Source: an archaeon (GTDB taxonomy: Archaea; SpSt-1190; DYHY01). From it: a DNA stretch of 24,500 nucleotides. Below are positions 1-8,878 of this stretch, one piece after another. The number at the start of each line of letters is the position of its first letter. Within the stretch, counting starts at the first letter, position 1. The notes beneath the pieces were generated by a model that was not told the origin of the DNA, did not search any database, and was given only the letters and a program-made list of their open reading frames with translations. Location of the stretch: the NCBI GenBank assembly GCA_043803745.1, contig JAZDJS010000028.1, forward strand, positions 1 to 24,500, written 5' to 3'. A program made the translations under genes and the position numbers.

Positions 1-764
1 GTTGCCGAATCCTTGAGCCGTGCAAGGCGCGCCTCGTACTCGGCCGCCTCTCTCGCGTTCTCAGTCTCTCGCGCAACTTTCCTATATGCATCCGCCTCTT
101 TCTCCCGCTTGTCGAGGAACCCGCGGAGGCCGCTTTCTTCGAAAACTTGCCTGACGGATTGCTCAAAGTCCCGGGCAACGTCCTCAGGGCAGTGTCCGAA
201 ACTGAATCCGGAGATGTAAACGCCGGTTCCGTATTCGGCGACTTCGCTGCCGCGTCCTCTATTGGCATTTGCTTGCGCGAAATTCCGGACTGCTTCCGGG
301 GCGAAGCCGAGAAGAAAGCCCATTCTCAGGATTGCGTCTTCGGGCTGTTTGACCAGGCTTTGGGTCTGCTTTTCAACCTCTTCGACAATCCGCGCGGAAT
401 CCCAACTCGATTCGTAGCGAAAAAGCGATGCGTTCTGCCTCATGACTTCCCTCGCGCTTTCGAGGTTGATTAGCGTTTCAAAGGAATTCACCCGGGCGAC
501 CGCGAGCTTATTCCTCCATGCATCATGCGATTTTACGACCAAATTGACATAGTTGAGCCGTTCGCAGTTTTCTACAGGGTCTCCGTCGCCGAAAATAAAA
601 ACGGGCTTTATACCTATCAGGCTTGACACAACGCCGTCGAATATTTCGGAATCGGAAAAGTCTCCGTATTGACCCACTGGAAGCCTGCCAAGTTGGTCTA
701 TTAGGCAGTCGACATTCTCCTGCGCGTAGTGGAGCCTTGGCTTTCCCGCTGTGGAACGTCCCAT
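1..764 (-). CDS. Hypothetical protein, 3' end runs off the window (>=254 aa; absent from the supplied ORF track)
   Basis: My translation from ATG at 764 (MGRSTAGKPRLHYAQENVDCLIDQLG...RMGFLLGFAPEAVRNF...EAAEYEARLARLKDSA) has no stop before the edge. TTTATAAA lies at 789-796, ~25 nt upstream. The plus-strand ORFs here look like antisense shadows. Confidence 0.8.
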   Translation of the reverse strand, partial: MGRSTAGKPRLHYAQENVDCLIDQLGRLPVGQYGDFSDSEIFDGVVSSLIGIKPVFIFGDGDPVENCERLNYVNLVVKSHDAWRNKLAVARVNSFETLINLESAREVMRQNASLFRYESSWDSARIVEEVEKQTQSLVKQPEDAILRMGFLLGFAPEAVRNFAQANANRGRGSEVAEYGTGVYISGFSFGHCPEDVARDFEQSVRQVFEESGLRGFLDKREKEADAYRKVARETENAREAAEYEARLARLKDSA

Positions 765-839
765 TCAAGGGAATTGATATACGTCCGATTTATAAATATT
801 GACTATTTTCAAGTGGTTATTTAGTCGTTCGGGGAGGGC

Positions 840-2294
840 CTAATAGAAAACCTTTCTCCTCGCGCTTTTCGTCCAGAGGAAAACCCCGACTAGGGAAGGG
901 ATTGCGACAAATGCAATCCAAGCCCCCTGGGCGAATTTTGTGACGAGCAGGATAAGGAAAACCACGAAGGTGACAAGCGCGCCAGTCGAATTCACAAGCA
1001 GATGGAAGGCGAATTCCGCGGATTTCCGGAACTTTTCCCGCTCGAAAATCGGGAGTTTCTTCCTCTCCCGGACCCAATGTATGACCATCCCGAGCTGGGA
1101 AAGGGTGAACGAGAGGAAAACCCCGACTGCGTAGAGGGGGAGCATCCTCTGTTCCCTTGCGCCGAAGGCAATTGCTACAAGGGATGCCGCAAAGGTAAGG
1201 AGGATTATGCCGTTGCTGAAAACGAGCCTTCGCCCGACATATGCAAGCTTGGAGGGAAGATAGCCGTCCCGCGCAGCAAGGGAGGACAGCCTCGGGAAAT
1301 CCGCAAAGGAGGTGTTCGCTGCAACGGAAAGGATCAGGAAGGTCGTCAGCTGCATGAAATAGAAGAACAGGCCCTTGCCGAAAACGGCTCCGCCAATCTG
1401 GGACAGGACGGTCGTATTCGCGCCCTCAAGTGCGACAATTCCGTATGCTTTCGCAAGGAAGGAAATCCCGAGGAACATTGACGAGAGGAGAAGGACCATT
1501 GCAATAAGGGTCTTTCCGGCGTTCTCGCTTTCAGGCGGCTTGAAGGCAGGTATCCCGTTAGAAATCGCCTCGATTCCCGTGAGCGCCGTGCAGCCCCCCG
1601 CGAACGCGCGGAGGATCAGGAAAAGTGTTATCGGCCCAGTCAGGGCAAGGGCCTCTGCAGGCGCAGGAAGGGGGACGATCTGCCCAGTCAGATATTTGTA
1701 GAATCCGGCGGCAAGCAGGGAAAAAACCGCGAAAACGAATGAATAGGTCGGTATTGCGAAGAAGGTTCCGCTTTCCTTGACGCCCCGGAGATTCATCCAG
1801 CCGATGAAGAATATTATCGCAACGACAAGCTCGATTCTCAGGGGGGAAACAATCGGGAACGCCGAGATAAGCGCGGCAACACCCGCTGAGACGCTTACGG
1901 AAACAGTCAGGACATAGTCGACGAGGAGCGCACCAGCCGCGAAAAGGCCCGGAAGCGCGCCAAGGTTCTCCCTTGAGACGACATAAGACCCCCCGCCGTT
2001 CGGATATGTGTGGACGGTCTGGAAATATGAGAACCCGACGACAAGCATCAGGGCGGCGATTGCAAGGGAAATCGGCAGGGAAAGCTTGAGCGCCGCGACC
2101 CCTCCGGCAAGAAGGACTAGCAATATTGCTTCTGTTGCATATGCAGTCGAGGAAAGGGCATCGGACGAGAAGACCGCGAGCGCGATAGTCTTCCGGAGGC
2201 GCTCCCCGAGCGCATGCTCAATAGAAATCCTTTTTCCAATGAAAAAATCCTTAACACCCTCCCAAGGCGTTTTGTATCCAAGAACAGAATCCAT
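840..2294 (-). CDS. APC-superfamily permease, KimA/YdaO-type (probable K+/H+ symporter), membrane domain only
   Basis: TM1 signature FSSDALSSTAYATE, YPNGGGSYVVS, GCTALTGIEAISNG, AANTSFADFPRL, LYAVGVFLSFTLSQ; about 12 hydrophobic segments. Confidence 0.88.
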   Translation of the reverse strand: MDSVLGYKTPWEGVKDFFIGKRISIEHALGERLRKTIALAVFSSDALSSTAYATEAILLVLLAGGVAALKLSLPISLAIAALMLVVGFSYFQTVHTYPNGGGSYVVSRENLGALPGLFAAGALLVDYVLTVSVSVSAGVAALISAFPIVSPLRIELVVAIIFFIGWMNLRGVKESGTFFAIPTYSFVFAVFSLLAAGFYKYLTGQIVPLPAPAEALALTGPITLFLILRAFAGGCTALTGIEAISNGIPAFKPPESENAGKTLIAMVLLLSSMFLGISFLAKAYGIVALEGANTTVLSQIGGAVFGKGLFFYFMQLTTFLILSVAANTSFADFPRLSSLAARDGYLPSKLAYVGRRLVFSNGIILLTFAASLVAIAFGAREQRMLPLYAVGVFLSFTLSQLGMVIHWVRERKKLPIFEREKFRKSAEFAFHLLVNSTGALVTFVVFLILLVTKFAQGAWIAFVAIPSLVGVFLWTKSARRKVFY

Positions 2295-2398
2295 ATGTGG
2301 TCTTTGTTTTAGCGCGTTTGTCTGCTGACGGCATCACTCCTTCGAATTGCCGGAGGCGCTCCGGGTTTTTAAAGGATTTTCCCCCTCATGAAACGGCA

Positions 2399-2809
2399 TT
2401 AGCCTTGTCGCTGCTGGAACGCATTCCTGAAAGCGCTGTAAACTGCATCCTGGGCGGTTTTCCGCACGAGTTCGCAGTATTTTATGCGACCTTTCCCAGT
2501 CAAATCCCCAGCTCCTGCCCGGGGAAACTGGAAATCGCACTTTCCCTTTGCGTTTCCATAAGGTTCGGCAAGCTCAACATAAGCCCCGCCAGTGTTCCAG
2601 ACGCTGCTTAGCGCGGAGCGCACCTCGTATTTCCCCAGGATATCCGGCAAAGCTTCGAAAGCAGCCTCGAAATTCCCAAGGTCAAGGAACTCGAACAGAA
2701 CGGGCCTCAGATAGATTTTGCTGAGAAGTCCTTCCCAGCCAATCGGGTCCATAGTTTCCCGGATGAGGTTGTCCTGCATCCGGTTAATCGCGTCTCTTGC
2801 CAGGCCCAT
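2399..2809 (-). CDS. Hypothetical protein
   Basis: 136-aa ORF; GGAGGT SD-like motif upstream of the ATG; starts 2 nt after the stop of the upstream small ORF. Confidence 0.65.
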   Translation of the reverse strand: MGLARDAINRMQDNLIRETMDPIGWEGLLSKIYLRPVLFEFLDLGNFEAAFEALPDILGKYEVRSALSSVWNTGGAYVELAEPYGNAKGKCDFQFPRAGAGDLTGKGRIKYCELVRKTAQDAVYSAFRNAFQQRQG

Positions 2810-2811
2810 GT

Positions 2812-3012
2812 TCAGGGAACCTCCCGGCCCCAGGAGGCAACAACATCATAGAGGAAAGCCGGATGGTTCTTTCTTTCCGGGTCGATATTGCGCACCTCAC
2901 GGACATACGCAACATCCACCCTGCCCGTCAATTCCCCGGCAACGGGAATCCTGGCTTCCTCAGACTCCCTGAACGCGTCGAAGGAAACTCTCGAGGAATC
3001 GGTTGCCGGCAT
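2812..3012 (-). CDS. Small hypothetical protein
   Basis: ORF downstream of a TATA-like TTTATAAG (3041-3034). ATG 3012 preferred over 3021 by promoter spacing. Tightly coupled to the next ORF. Confidence 0.5.
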   Translation of the reverse strand: MPATDSSRVSFDAFRESEEARIPVAGELTGRVDVAYVREVRNIDPERKNHPAFLYDVVASWGREVP

Positions 3013-3033
3013 AGCAAGCATACCAAAAGCTTT

Positions 3034-3070
3034 CTTATAAATTTAACCACTAACCAGTAAGTATATAAAG
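3034..3070. promoter_or_regulatory. Back-to-back archaeal TATA boxes
   Basis: TTTATAAG on minus (3041-3034) and TATATAAAG on plus (3062-3070), each ~22-25 nt from a start codon. Confidence 0.6.
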
Positions 3071-3093
3071 GAGTCCGGGGTAAGATATCCCAG

Positions 3094-3420
3094 ATGGAAG
3101 CGGATGAACTCCTCCTGCTCAGGAAACTTGAAAGTCACCTTTCCGGGAAATACGGAGTGAAGAACACGAAAGGGGGCGAGGTTCTTGACAGGGCGTGCCA
3201 CATTGACACGGTCCTGATTGCCTCGGATGAAAAAACGGAAATCTGGAAGAGCATTTCAGTTGAGCCGATCTGTTCCGGGCACGGGCCGATTTTCAAGATA
3301 ACCTGCGAAATCGAGGAGGAGCACAAGAGCCTCGGAATCTCGAGGAAGCAGAAGACCGAGGAGCTCGTTTTTGCTGGGAACGGTCCGCTGCCTTCGGGTT
3401 CCTTCACTAGGCTTCCCTGA
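3094..3420 (+). CDS. Hypothetical protein
   Basis: 108-aa ORF with a TATA box at the right spacing; convergent overlap with the lysS stop. Confidence 0.6.
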   Translation: MEADELLLLRKLESHLSGKYGVKNTKGGEVLDRACHIDTVLIASDEKTEIWKSISVEPICSGHGPIFKITCEIEEEHKSLGISRKQKTEELVFAGNGPLPSGSFTRLP

Positions 3421-4945
3421 GCCTTTTCACCAGTTTCTCCCTATCGATGAATCCCACAAGGGTCGCAAGCCTCGGTCCTTTTGTCTTCCCGAAAACCGCG
3501 AGATAGAACGCCTCGAAGAATTCCGCCGGCTTGCATCCGGCAAGCGCGGGAACTTCCCGTATCCTTGCGAGTTCGCTCCCCTCAACGAAATCCGCAAGAA
3601 GCCTCAGGGCCGCGCGCGCGGGAGCTCCGATTCTCCTCGCCTCGGCAGGAAGAGTCCCCTTGAACGAGAAAACTATTTCCTCGGGAGCATAGCCCTGCCC
3701 GACCCATTCCCGCGCAAAGGAAAGGCGCTCCCTCAGTTCCGGTGAATCGATTCCGAGCTTTTCAACCGCATCCGAATCCCTCTCGAAAATCTGCGCAAGA
3801 GTCACGGCATGGCTGAAGGGAACGTTCTTGGGGATCTCCCCCGGAACCTCGCCGGAAACCTGGGAAAGCTCGTAAATCCTCCGGACGTTCTCCTCCCCGC
3901 TCCCGGCAGGTTCAAGCCCGAAGTAAATCCGCTCGTATTTGTCATATTCGTCGAAAAGCCTGATGAGCGTGTAACCGGACGGGTCGAAGTCGAGCTGGGC
4001 TCGCGGCCGGGTCTTGATGAGGAGGAACCTAAGAAGCACGGGGGGTATGAGCCGGACGGATTCCTCAGCCGAAACCCCGAGCCCCTTCGATGTCGACATC
4101 TTCCTTCCCCCTATCAGGAAGAATTCGTATCCAAAGCCGTACGGATGCGCATATCCGAAAACCTCGTCAGCAAGGACGTCTGAAACCGCCCGCGAGCCGG
4201 TTTTCGTATAATGGTCCTTTCCCGCAAGCTCGACATTCACTCCGAGGACGGGCCATCTTGCAGCCCACTCAACCTTCCAGGGGAGCTTGCCGTTCCCGTT
4301 GAACGGGGAGAGCGCGCCCTCATGCCCGCAGCCCTTCGCCCATTCGACCTTGTTCGGGAGGCACCGGTATTTCACCGTTTCCCCGCTCCATTCATATGCG
4401 GAGGTCGAGCCTATCTTCCCGCACTTTTCGCAGATCGGCTGGAAAGGGAGCTCGTCCTTTTTCGCCCCGGAAACCCTCTCGTTTATCTCGTTTATTTTCG
4501 CCGCATTGTCCAACGCGGTCCTTATCTGCCCGTTCAGTTTCCCGGACGAATAGAGCTCGGAAAGGTAGAATATCCTGGCCTTCGCCCCGAGAATGGGGAA
4601 AAGCCGCGCGAATCTTTCAGCATAGCATTTCCCAAAGGTCGGATAGCCCTGTTCCGGGGAGGGAATCCTGCAGAACGGCTTGCCGAGATGTCCCTCGAAC
4701 TCGGGCGGCAATCCTGCGTTCATCCTGTCGAAAGCGTCCATGTCATCGAACTCGTAGAAGAATTCAGCTTCGAGTCCCGCTGCGCTGAACGAGCGCCGGA
4801 TTGCGTCGTGTATTATGACGCCCCTTAGCGAGCCGACGTGGACAATTCCCGAGGGCGTTTTCGCGTCGTTGATTACGAACTTCCCCCCCTTCCCGGAAAA
4901 TTCCCTTGCAAGGGAATCGGTCCAGTAAACGTTTTCCCCGTCCAT
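3407..4945 (-). CDS. lysS: Lysine--tRNA ligase, class I
   Basis: TPSGIVHVGSLRG (HIGH-like), DDMD, CEKCG, GKLPWKVEWAARW, GKDH, KMSTSKG (KMSKS-like), KGPRL. Start moved to ATG 4945 after an SD-like GAGGGGTG. Confidence 0.97.
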   Translation of the reverse strand: MDGENVYWTDSLAREFSGKGGKFVINDAKTPSGIVHVGSLRGVIIHDAIRRSFSAAGLEAEFFYEFDDMDAFDRMNAGLPPEFEGHLGKPFCRIPSPEQGYPTFGKCYAERFARLFPILGAKARIFYLSELYSSGKLNGQIRTALDNAAKINEINERVSGAKKDELPFQPICEKCGKIGSTSAYEWSGETVKYRCLPNKVEWAKGCGHEGALSPFNGNGKLPWKVEWAARWPVLGVNVELAGKDHYTKTGSRAVSDVLADEVFGYAHPYGFGYEFFLIGGRKMSTSKGLGVSAEESVRLIPPVLLRFLLIKTRPRAQLDFDPSGYTLIRLFDEYDKYERIYFGLEPAGSGEENVRRIYELSQVSGEVPGEIPKNVPFSHAVTLAQIFERDSDAVEKLGIDSPELRERLSFAREWVGQGYAPEEIVFSFKGTLPAEARRIGAPARAALRLLADFVEGSELARIREVPALAGCKPAEFFEAFYLAVFGKTKGPRLATLVGFIDREKLVKRLREA

Positions 4946-4946
4946 T

Positions 4947-5666
4947 TCAGCCGCCACCCCTCGGAGCAAGGAGCTCTACATATTCCCCGATTTCAGCCTC
5001 CGAAATCGAGCAGCCGTTCTCCTTCACCGCAATGAGCGCTCCGAAAAGGAGGTCGTGCCCCCTCTCGTTACAGCAGACTTTCTTCAGCGCGCCGTTCGTG
5101 AACCCGACAGCAACGAGCTCTGCGGACCTTATTGCCGAAAGGCTGGAAAGTGCGGCGGAAAGCTCGGAAAGATTCTCTTTCGATATCCCGATTTTCTTCC
5201 CCGTCCGCATCTCAAGGGATTCGTGGAGTGTGAGGGGCGCCTCTATCAGCAGCCGCGTAGTCTTCTCGTCAACAAGGATCGTCCCGCACCCTATTGCAAG
5301 GGCAAGGCCTATTGCATCGGCTTCGCCATAGTCAATCAGGTGGATTGGCCTGCCCTCCGCGTGGAAGATGCCGTTCGCAAGAGCCATTACCCGCCCCCCG
5401 ATTTCCCGCGCCTTTCCCGCAATCTCCTCCTTGTCGATGACCGAAAGGTCCCCTCTTTCCGCGAGCGAGGAAATCCTGACAGCCTCAAGGCGGAAAGACT
5501 TGGTCGAAATCGGCGTGTCAATAACTTCTTTCCTCACCCCGATTGGTATGTAGAATTTCACCCCGGATTTCGTGAATTCCGAAAACAATTCGAGCAGGCA
5601 GACCTCCGCAAGCGCGATTATGCTTGAGGAATCGCACACGAGTTCCTTCAGAGCCGCCCTTGCCAT
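4947..5666 (-). CDS. PIN-domain protein (putative ribonuclease)
   Basis: LVCDSSSII, V..EV, IDYGEADAIGLA and LVDEKTTR give the acidic PIN pattern; start ATG 5666. Confidence 0.8.
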   Translation of the reverse strand: MARAALKELVCDSSSIIALAEVCLLELFSEFTKSGVKFYIPIGVRKEVIDTPISTKSFRLEAVRISSLAERGDLSVIDKEEIAGKAREIGGRVMALANGIFHAEGRPIHLIDYGEADAIGLALAIGCGTILVDEKTTRLLIEAPLTLHESLEMRTGKKIGISKENLSELSAALSSLSAIRSAELVAVGFTNGALKKVCCNERGHDLLFGALIAVKENGCSISEAEIGEYVELLAPRGGG

Positions 5667-5667
5667 T

Positions 5668-6219
5668 TCAGCCGCCTCCCCCCCCGAGAATCTCCTTTGC
5701 AAGCTTGAACCGTTCAAGAAGGGAGAAGCTCTGCTTCTGCTCATCGCTCATCTTCGTCTGGCCGACCTCCTTGAGAACGTCCCATTTGCTCGCCCCGGTG
5801 AGGTTGGTCGCGGTCCCGAGGGAAAGCCCGTATGCGTAGAGCGTTGACGCCTTCTTGCTGAGCGCCTTGTCGGTTACCTGGGAAACGAAGCGCCCGACCG
5901 ATTCGTCGAGCTTCTTGATGTCCGCGAGGACCTCGTCAAGCTTCTGCGGCTCCTCGAGGGAGATGCGCAGGTCGTTCCTGAGGTCAATTACGAAATCCCT
6001 CCATCGCATCTCGTCCTTCCGGTAATAGTCCTTGTTGAAAACCTTCGAGAGGGAATAGCAGATTACCGATATCTTTATCGAGACGGGGTCCCTCGTGAAA
6101 GGCACGTCCTTCAGGACGTGGTTCGCAATATCCTTCATCTTCTTCGGGCTTCCCTCGGCTATCGCAGCCAGGAGTTCTTTTATTGCGGAAGAGTTTTCCT
6201 TCCGGAGCGGGACTTCCAT
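5668..6219 (-). CDS. Helical protein with a C-terminal HTH resembling UPF0175 antitoxin-like proteins
   Basis: LYAYGLSLGTATNLTGASKWDVL resembles the UPF0175 HTH. True start is ATG 6219; the longer track ORF is antisense to xpd. Confidence 0.65.
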   Translation of the reverse strand: MEVPLRKENSSAIKELLAAIAEGSPKKMKDIANHVLKDVPFTRDPVSIKISVICYSLSKVFNKDYYRKDEMRWRDFVIDLRNDLRISLEEPQKLDEVLADIKKLDESVGRFVSQVTDKALSKKASTLYAYGLSLGTATNLTGASKWDVLKEVGQTKMSDEQKQSFSLLERFKLAKEILGGGGG

Positions 6220-6279
6220 GATATTTCCGGAAAATTCCCGAGGGCAGTATTTTAAACACTTGCTGGGCCCTCCTCCCAT

Positions 6280-8148
6280 ATGGCAGCCCAGGCGTTCCCA
6301 TTTGCGAGAATCCGCGAGGGCCAGAGGGAAATGGCTGCCGAGGTCGCCGCCTGCATTGCCGGAGGGAAAAACCTCGTTGCCCACGCCCCTACAGGAATCG
6401 GGAAAACCGCCGCAGCCCTTGTCCCCGCAGCCGAATGGGCGGATTCCTCCGGCGGAACAGTCTTCTTCCTGACCCCGAAGCATTCCCAGCACCGGATTGC
6501 GATTGAAACGCTGAAGCTGTTGAAAGCCCAGGGGCTGAAGATTTCGGCAGCCGATTTCATCGGGAAGAAATGGCTCTGCCAGGTTTCGGGCGCCCAGGAG
6601 CTTGCCGGGCGGGACTTTCTCGACTATTGCGCATCTGTCAGACGGGATGAAATCTGCCCCTTCTACAACAGGACCTTCCGGAAAAGCCAGGTAACCGGAG
6701 AAGCGAAAAAGGCTGCGGAGCTCCTTCTCGAGAAGCAGCCCCTTCACGTTGAGGAGGCGGTCGAGCTTACGAAGATTTTCTGCCCGTATGAGGTGATGGC
6801 TCTTGCGGCGAAATCCGCGAATTTCATTGTCTGCGACTATTACCACCTCTTCAATCCCCGCTCAGCCGCAAGCTTCCTTTTCAAGACCGGAAAGACCTTC
6901 GAGGATGCCGTGATAATAGTTGACGAGGCGCACAACCTCCCCGAACGGATACGGGAGACGCTCTCAAGCAATCTTTCGGAAATCGGGCTTGTCCGGGCTT
7001 CGCGCGAGCTTGCCGAGTTCGGGCAGTACGACCTTTCGGAAATCGTCGAGCAGATTGGCTTTGGCTTCCGGAAGCTCGGAAAGGCCCGTGTCGGCGACGA
7101 GCGGGAGGCGATGCTTTCAAAGGAGGATTTCACGGGGATAGTTTCATCCTGTTTCGGCGACTCCGACACATTTTCCAAGAAGATTAAGGAGGCTTCCGAC
7201 GAAATCCGGAGGAAGAAGCGGAAAAGCGCTGCCGGGGCGCTTTCCTCCTTTGTCGAGGACTGGCTCGGTCCTGACGAGGGCTATGTCCGGACAATCAAAG
7301 TCAGGAAAACCAAATCCGGCAAGCCCTTCTCAGTAATAACCTACAGGTGCCTCGACCCCGCAATCGGCTCGAAGGAGATAGTAGGCTCGGCGCGCTCGAC
7401 AATCCTGATGAGCGGGACACTTGTCCCGACCAAGATGTATGCCGAGCTCCTCGGGCTTGACGAGGGGAAAACAGTTGTCAAGAGCTTCCAATCCTCATTC
7501 CCCCCGGAGAACAGGCTGAACGTGATTGCAACGGGAGTCACCACCAAATTCTCCTCCCGCGGCGAGAACCAGTACAGGAAGCTTGCCGGGACAATCGAGC
7601 GGGTTGTTGCGGAAACTCCCGGAAGCGTTGCCGTTTTCTTTCCCTCCTACATACTGAAAAGCGAGATTTCCGCGCTGATCCAATTCCCCCAGCCGGTCTA
7701 CAGCGAGAAGCAGGAAATGGACAAGAAGGAGAAGACCGACTTCCTCAGGCAGTTCTTCTCGGAAAAACGTGCAGTCCTCCTCGCTGTCGCGGGCGGCTCC
7801 CTATCCGAAGGGGTCGATTTCCCGAAGAACGTCCTAAAGGGAGTCGTTGTCGTCGGCCTCCCCCTCCAGCAGCCGACCCTTGAGACGAAAGCGCTCATCG
7901 ACTATTACCAGAAGAAGTTCGGGCGAGGCTGGGATTACGGCTACCTTTATCCCGGCATCTCGCGCGCAATCCAGGCGGCCGGGCGGATGATCAGGTCAGA
8001 AAGCGACCGGGGGGTCGCGGTCTTCCTTGACGAGCGCTATACTTGGGCAAACTACAGAAAATGCTTCCCCCCGGAGCTCAAGACAGTCACCAGCGCGTTC
8101 CCTGAGAAGCTCGTGGGGGAGTTCTGGAATAATAAGGGAAAGGAATAA
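6280..8148 (+). CDS. xpd: XPD/Rad3/DinG-family Fe-S DNA helicase
   Basis: Q motif (REGQ), APTGIGKT, four Fe-S Cys (WLC, DYC, ICPFY, FCPYE), DEAH, SGTL, SEGVDF, QAAGRMIRSESD. Confidence 0.93.
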   Translation: MAAQAFPFARIREGQREMAAEVAACIAGGKNLVAHAPTGIGKTAAALVPAAEWADSSGGTVFFLTPKHSQHRIAIETLKLLKAQGLKISAADFIGKKWLCQVSGAQELAGRDFLDYCASVRRDEICPFYNRTFRKSQVTGEAKKAAELLLEKQPLHVEEAVELTKIFCPYEVMALAAKSANFIVCDYYHLFNPRSAASFLFKTGKTFEDAVIIVDEAHNLPERIRETLSSNLSEIGLVRASRELAEFGQYDLSEIVEQIGFGFRKLGKARVGDEREAMLSKEDFTGIVSSCFGDSDTFSKKIKEASDEIRRKKRKSAAGALSSFVEDWLGPDEGYVRTIKVRKTKSGKPFSVITYRCLDPAIGSKEIVGSARSTILMSGTLVPTKMYAELLGLDEGKTVVKSFQSSFPPENRLNVIATGVTTKFSSRGENQYRKLAGTIERVVAETPGSVAVFFPSYILKSEISALIQFPQPVYSEKQEMDKKEKTDFLRQFFSEKRAVLLAVAGGSLSEGVDFPKNVLKGVVVVGLPLQQPTLETKALIDYYQKKFGRGWDYGYLYPGISRAIQAAGRMIRSESDRGVAVFLDERYTWANYRKCFPPELKTVTSAFPEKLVGEFWNNKGKE

Positions 8149-8176
8149 AAACAGCTTTTCCGAATCAGTTCCGCAT

Positions 8177-8713
8177 ATGGAACGAACACTGGTAATGGTA
8201 AAGCCCGACGGAGTCAAGAAGAAGCTTGTCGGGAGGGTAATCAGCCGCATTGAGGATTCAGGCCTTGCAATTGACAACATCAAGATGTTCACCCCAACGA
8301 AGGAGCTTGTCGGGAAGCATTATGCCGGCGGCGAGGACTGGAAAAGGGGCGTTGGCGAGAAAACCGCGAAAACTTATGCACAATACGGGATTGACATGAA
8401 GAAAGCGCTTGGAACCGACAACCTGCTGGAAATAGGGACCCTTGTCAGGGGTTGGCTAATCGAGTACCTTTCTTCCGGGCCAGTTGTCGCGATAGTGGTC
8501 TCGGGAAACCACGCTGTCGATAATGTCAGGAAGCTTGCCGGGGCAACGGTGCCGATTTTCGCGAACCCGGGGACAATCCGCGGGGACTGGTCAATAGATT
8601 CCCCCGACCTTGCTAACGGGGAGAAGCGCGCTGTCGAGAACATTGTGCACGCATCCGGGACCGTCGAGGAAGCCGAAGCTGAGATAAAATTGTGGTTTCC
8701 GGAAGCCAAGTAG
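8177..8713 (+). CDS. ndk: Nucleoside-diphosphate kinase (long-insert type)
   Basis: MERTLVMVKPDGV, SGPVVA, PGTIRGD, NIVHAS (catalytic His); start ATG 8177. Confidence 0.95.
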   Translation: MERTLVMVKPDGVKKKLVGRVISRIEDSGLAIDNIKMFTPTKELVGKHYAGGEDWKRGVGEKTAKTYAQYGIDMKKALGTDNLLEIGTLVRGWLIEYLSSGPVVAIVVSGNHAVDNVRKLAGATVPIFANPGTIRGDWSIDSPDLANGEKRAVENIVHASGTVEEAEAEIKLWFPEAK

Positions 8714-8782
8714 AGCCAAGTAGATAGAAAATACCCTGTTCTGGCTTCCGACTTCGTCCGCTCAGCCCGAAGCCAAGTAGAG
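8700..8782. repeat. Duplications of the ndk 3' end with an internal inverted copy
   Basis: GAAGCCAAGTAGAG at 8702-8715 and 8769-8782; AGCCAAGTAGA also at 8714-8724; TGGCTTCCG (8742-8750) is the reverse complement of 8700-8708. Confidence 0.85.
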
Positions 8783-8878
8783 GGAATATCGGAAAGTTTC
8801 TCTCCTTGCTTATATCTGCAAAAGTTCTTCTCGGACAAAGGGGAAAAAATTTAAACCATGGACTCTTATGGTTTCGAC

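Noticed and set aside
2295-2400. c-di-AMP (ydaO) riboswitch upstream of the kimA-like gene, suggested by CCGTCAGC
   Set aside because: The other conserved elements and stems are missing, and the leader after the TATA box is too short
2399-3021. Stop-codon readthrough or recoding joining the two small ORFs
   Set aside because: They are in different frames and the second has its own SD-like motif and ATG
6220-6846. N-terminal extension of the 392-aa track ORF
   Set aside because: Antisense to xpd; an internal ATG at 6219 with a TATA box fits better
8330-8450. Insertion in NDK as an intein or novel domain
   Set aside because: No intein motifs; long-insert NDKs are a known subtype
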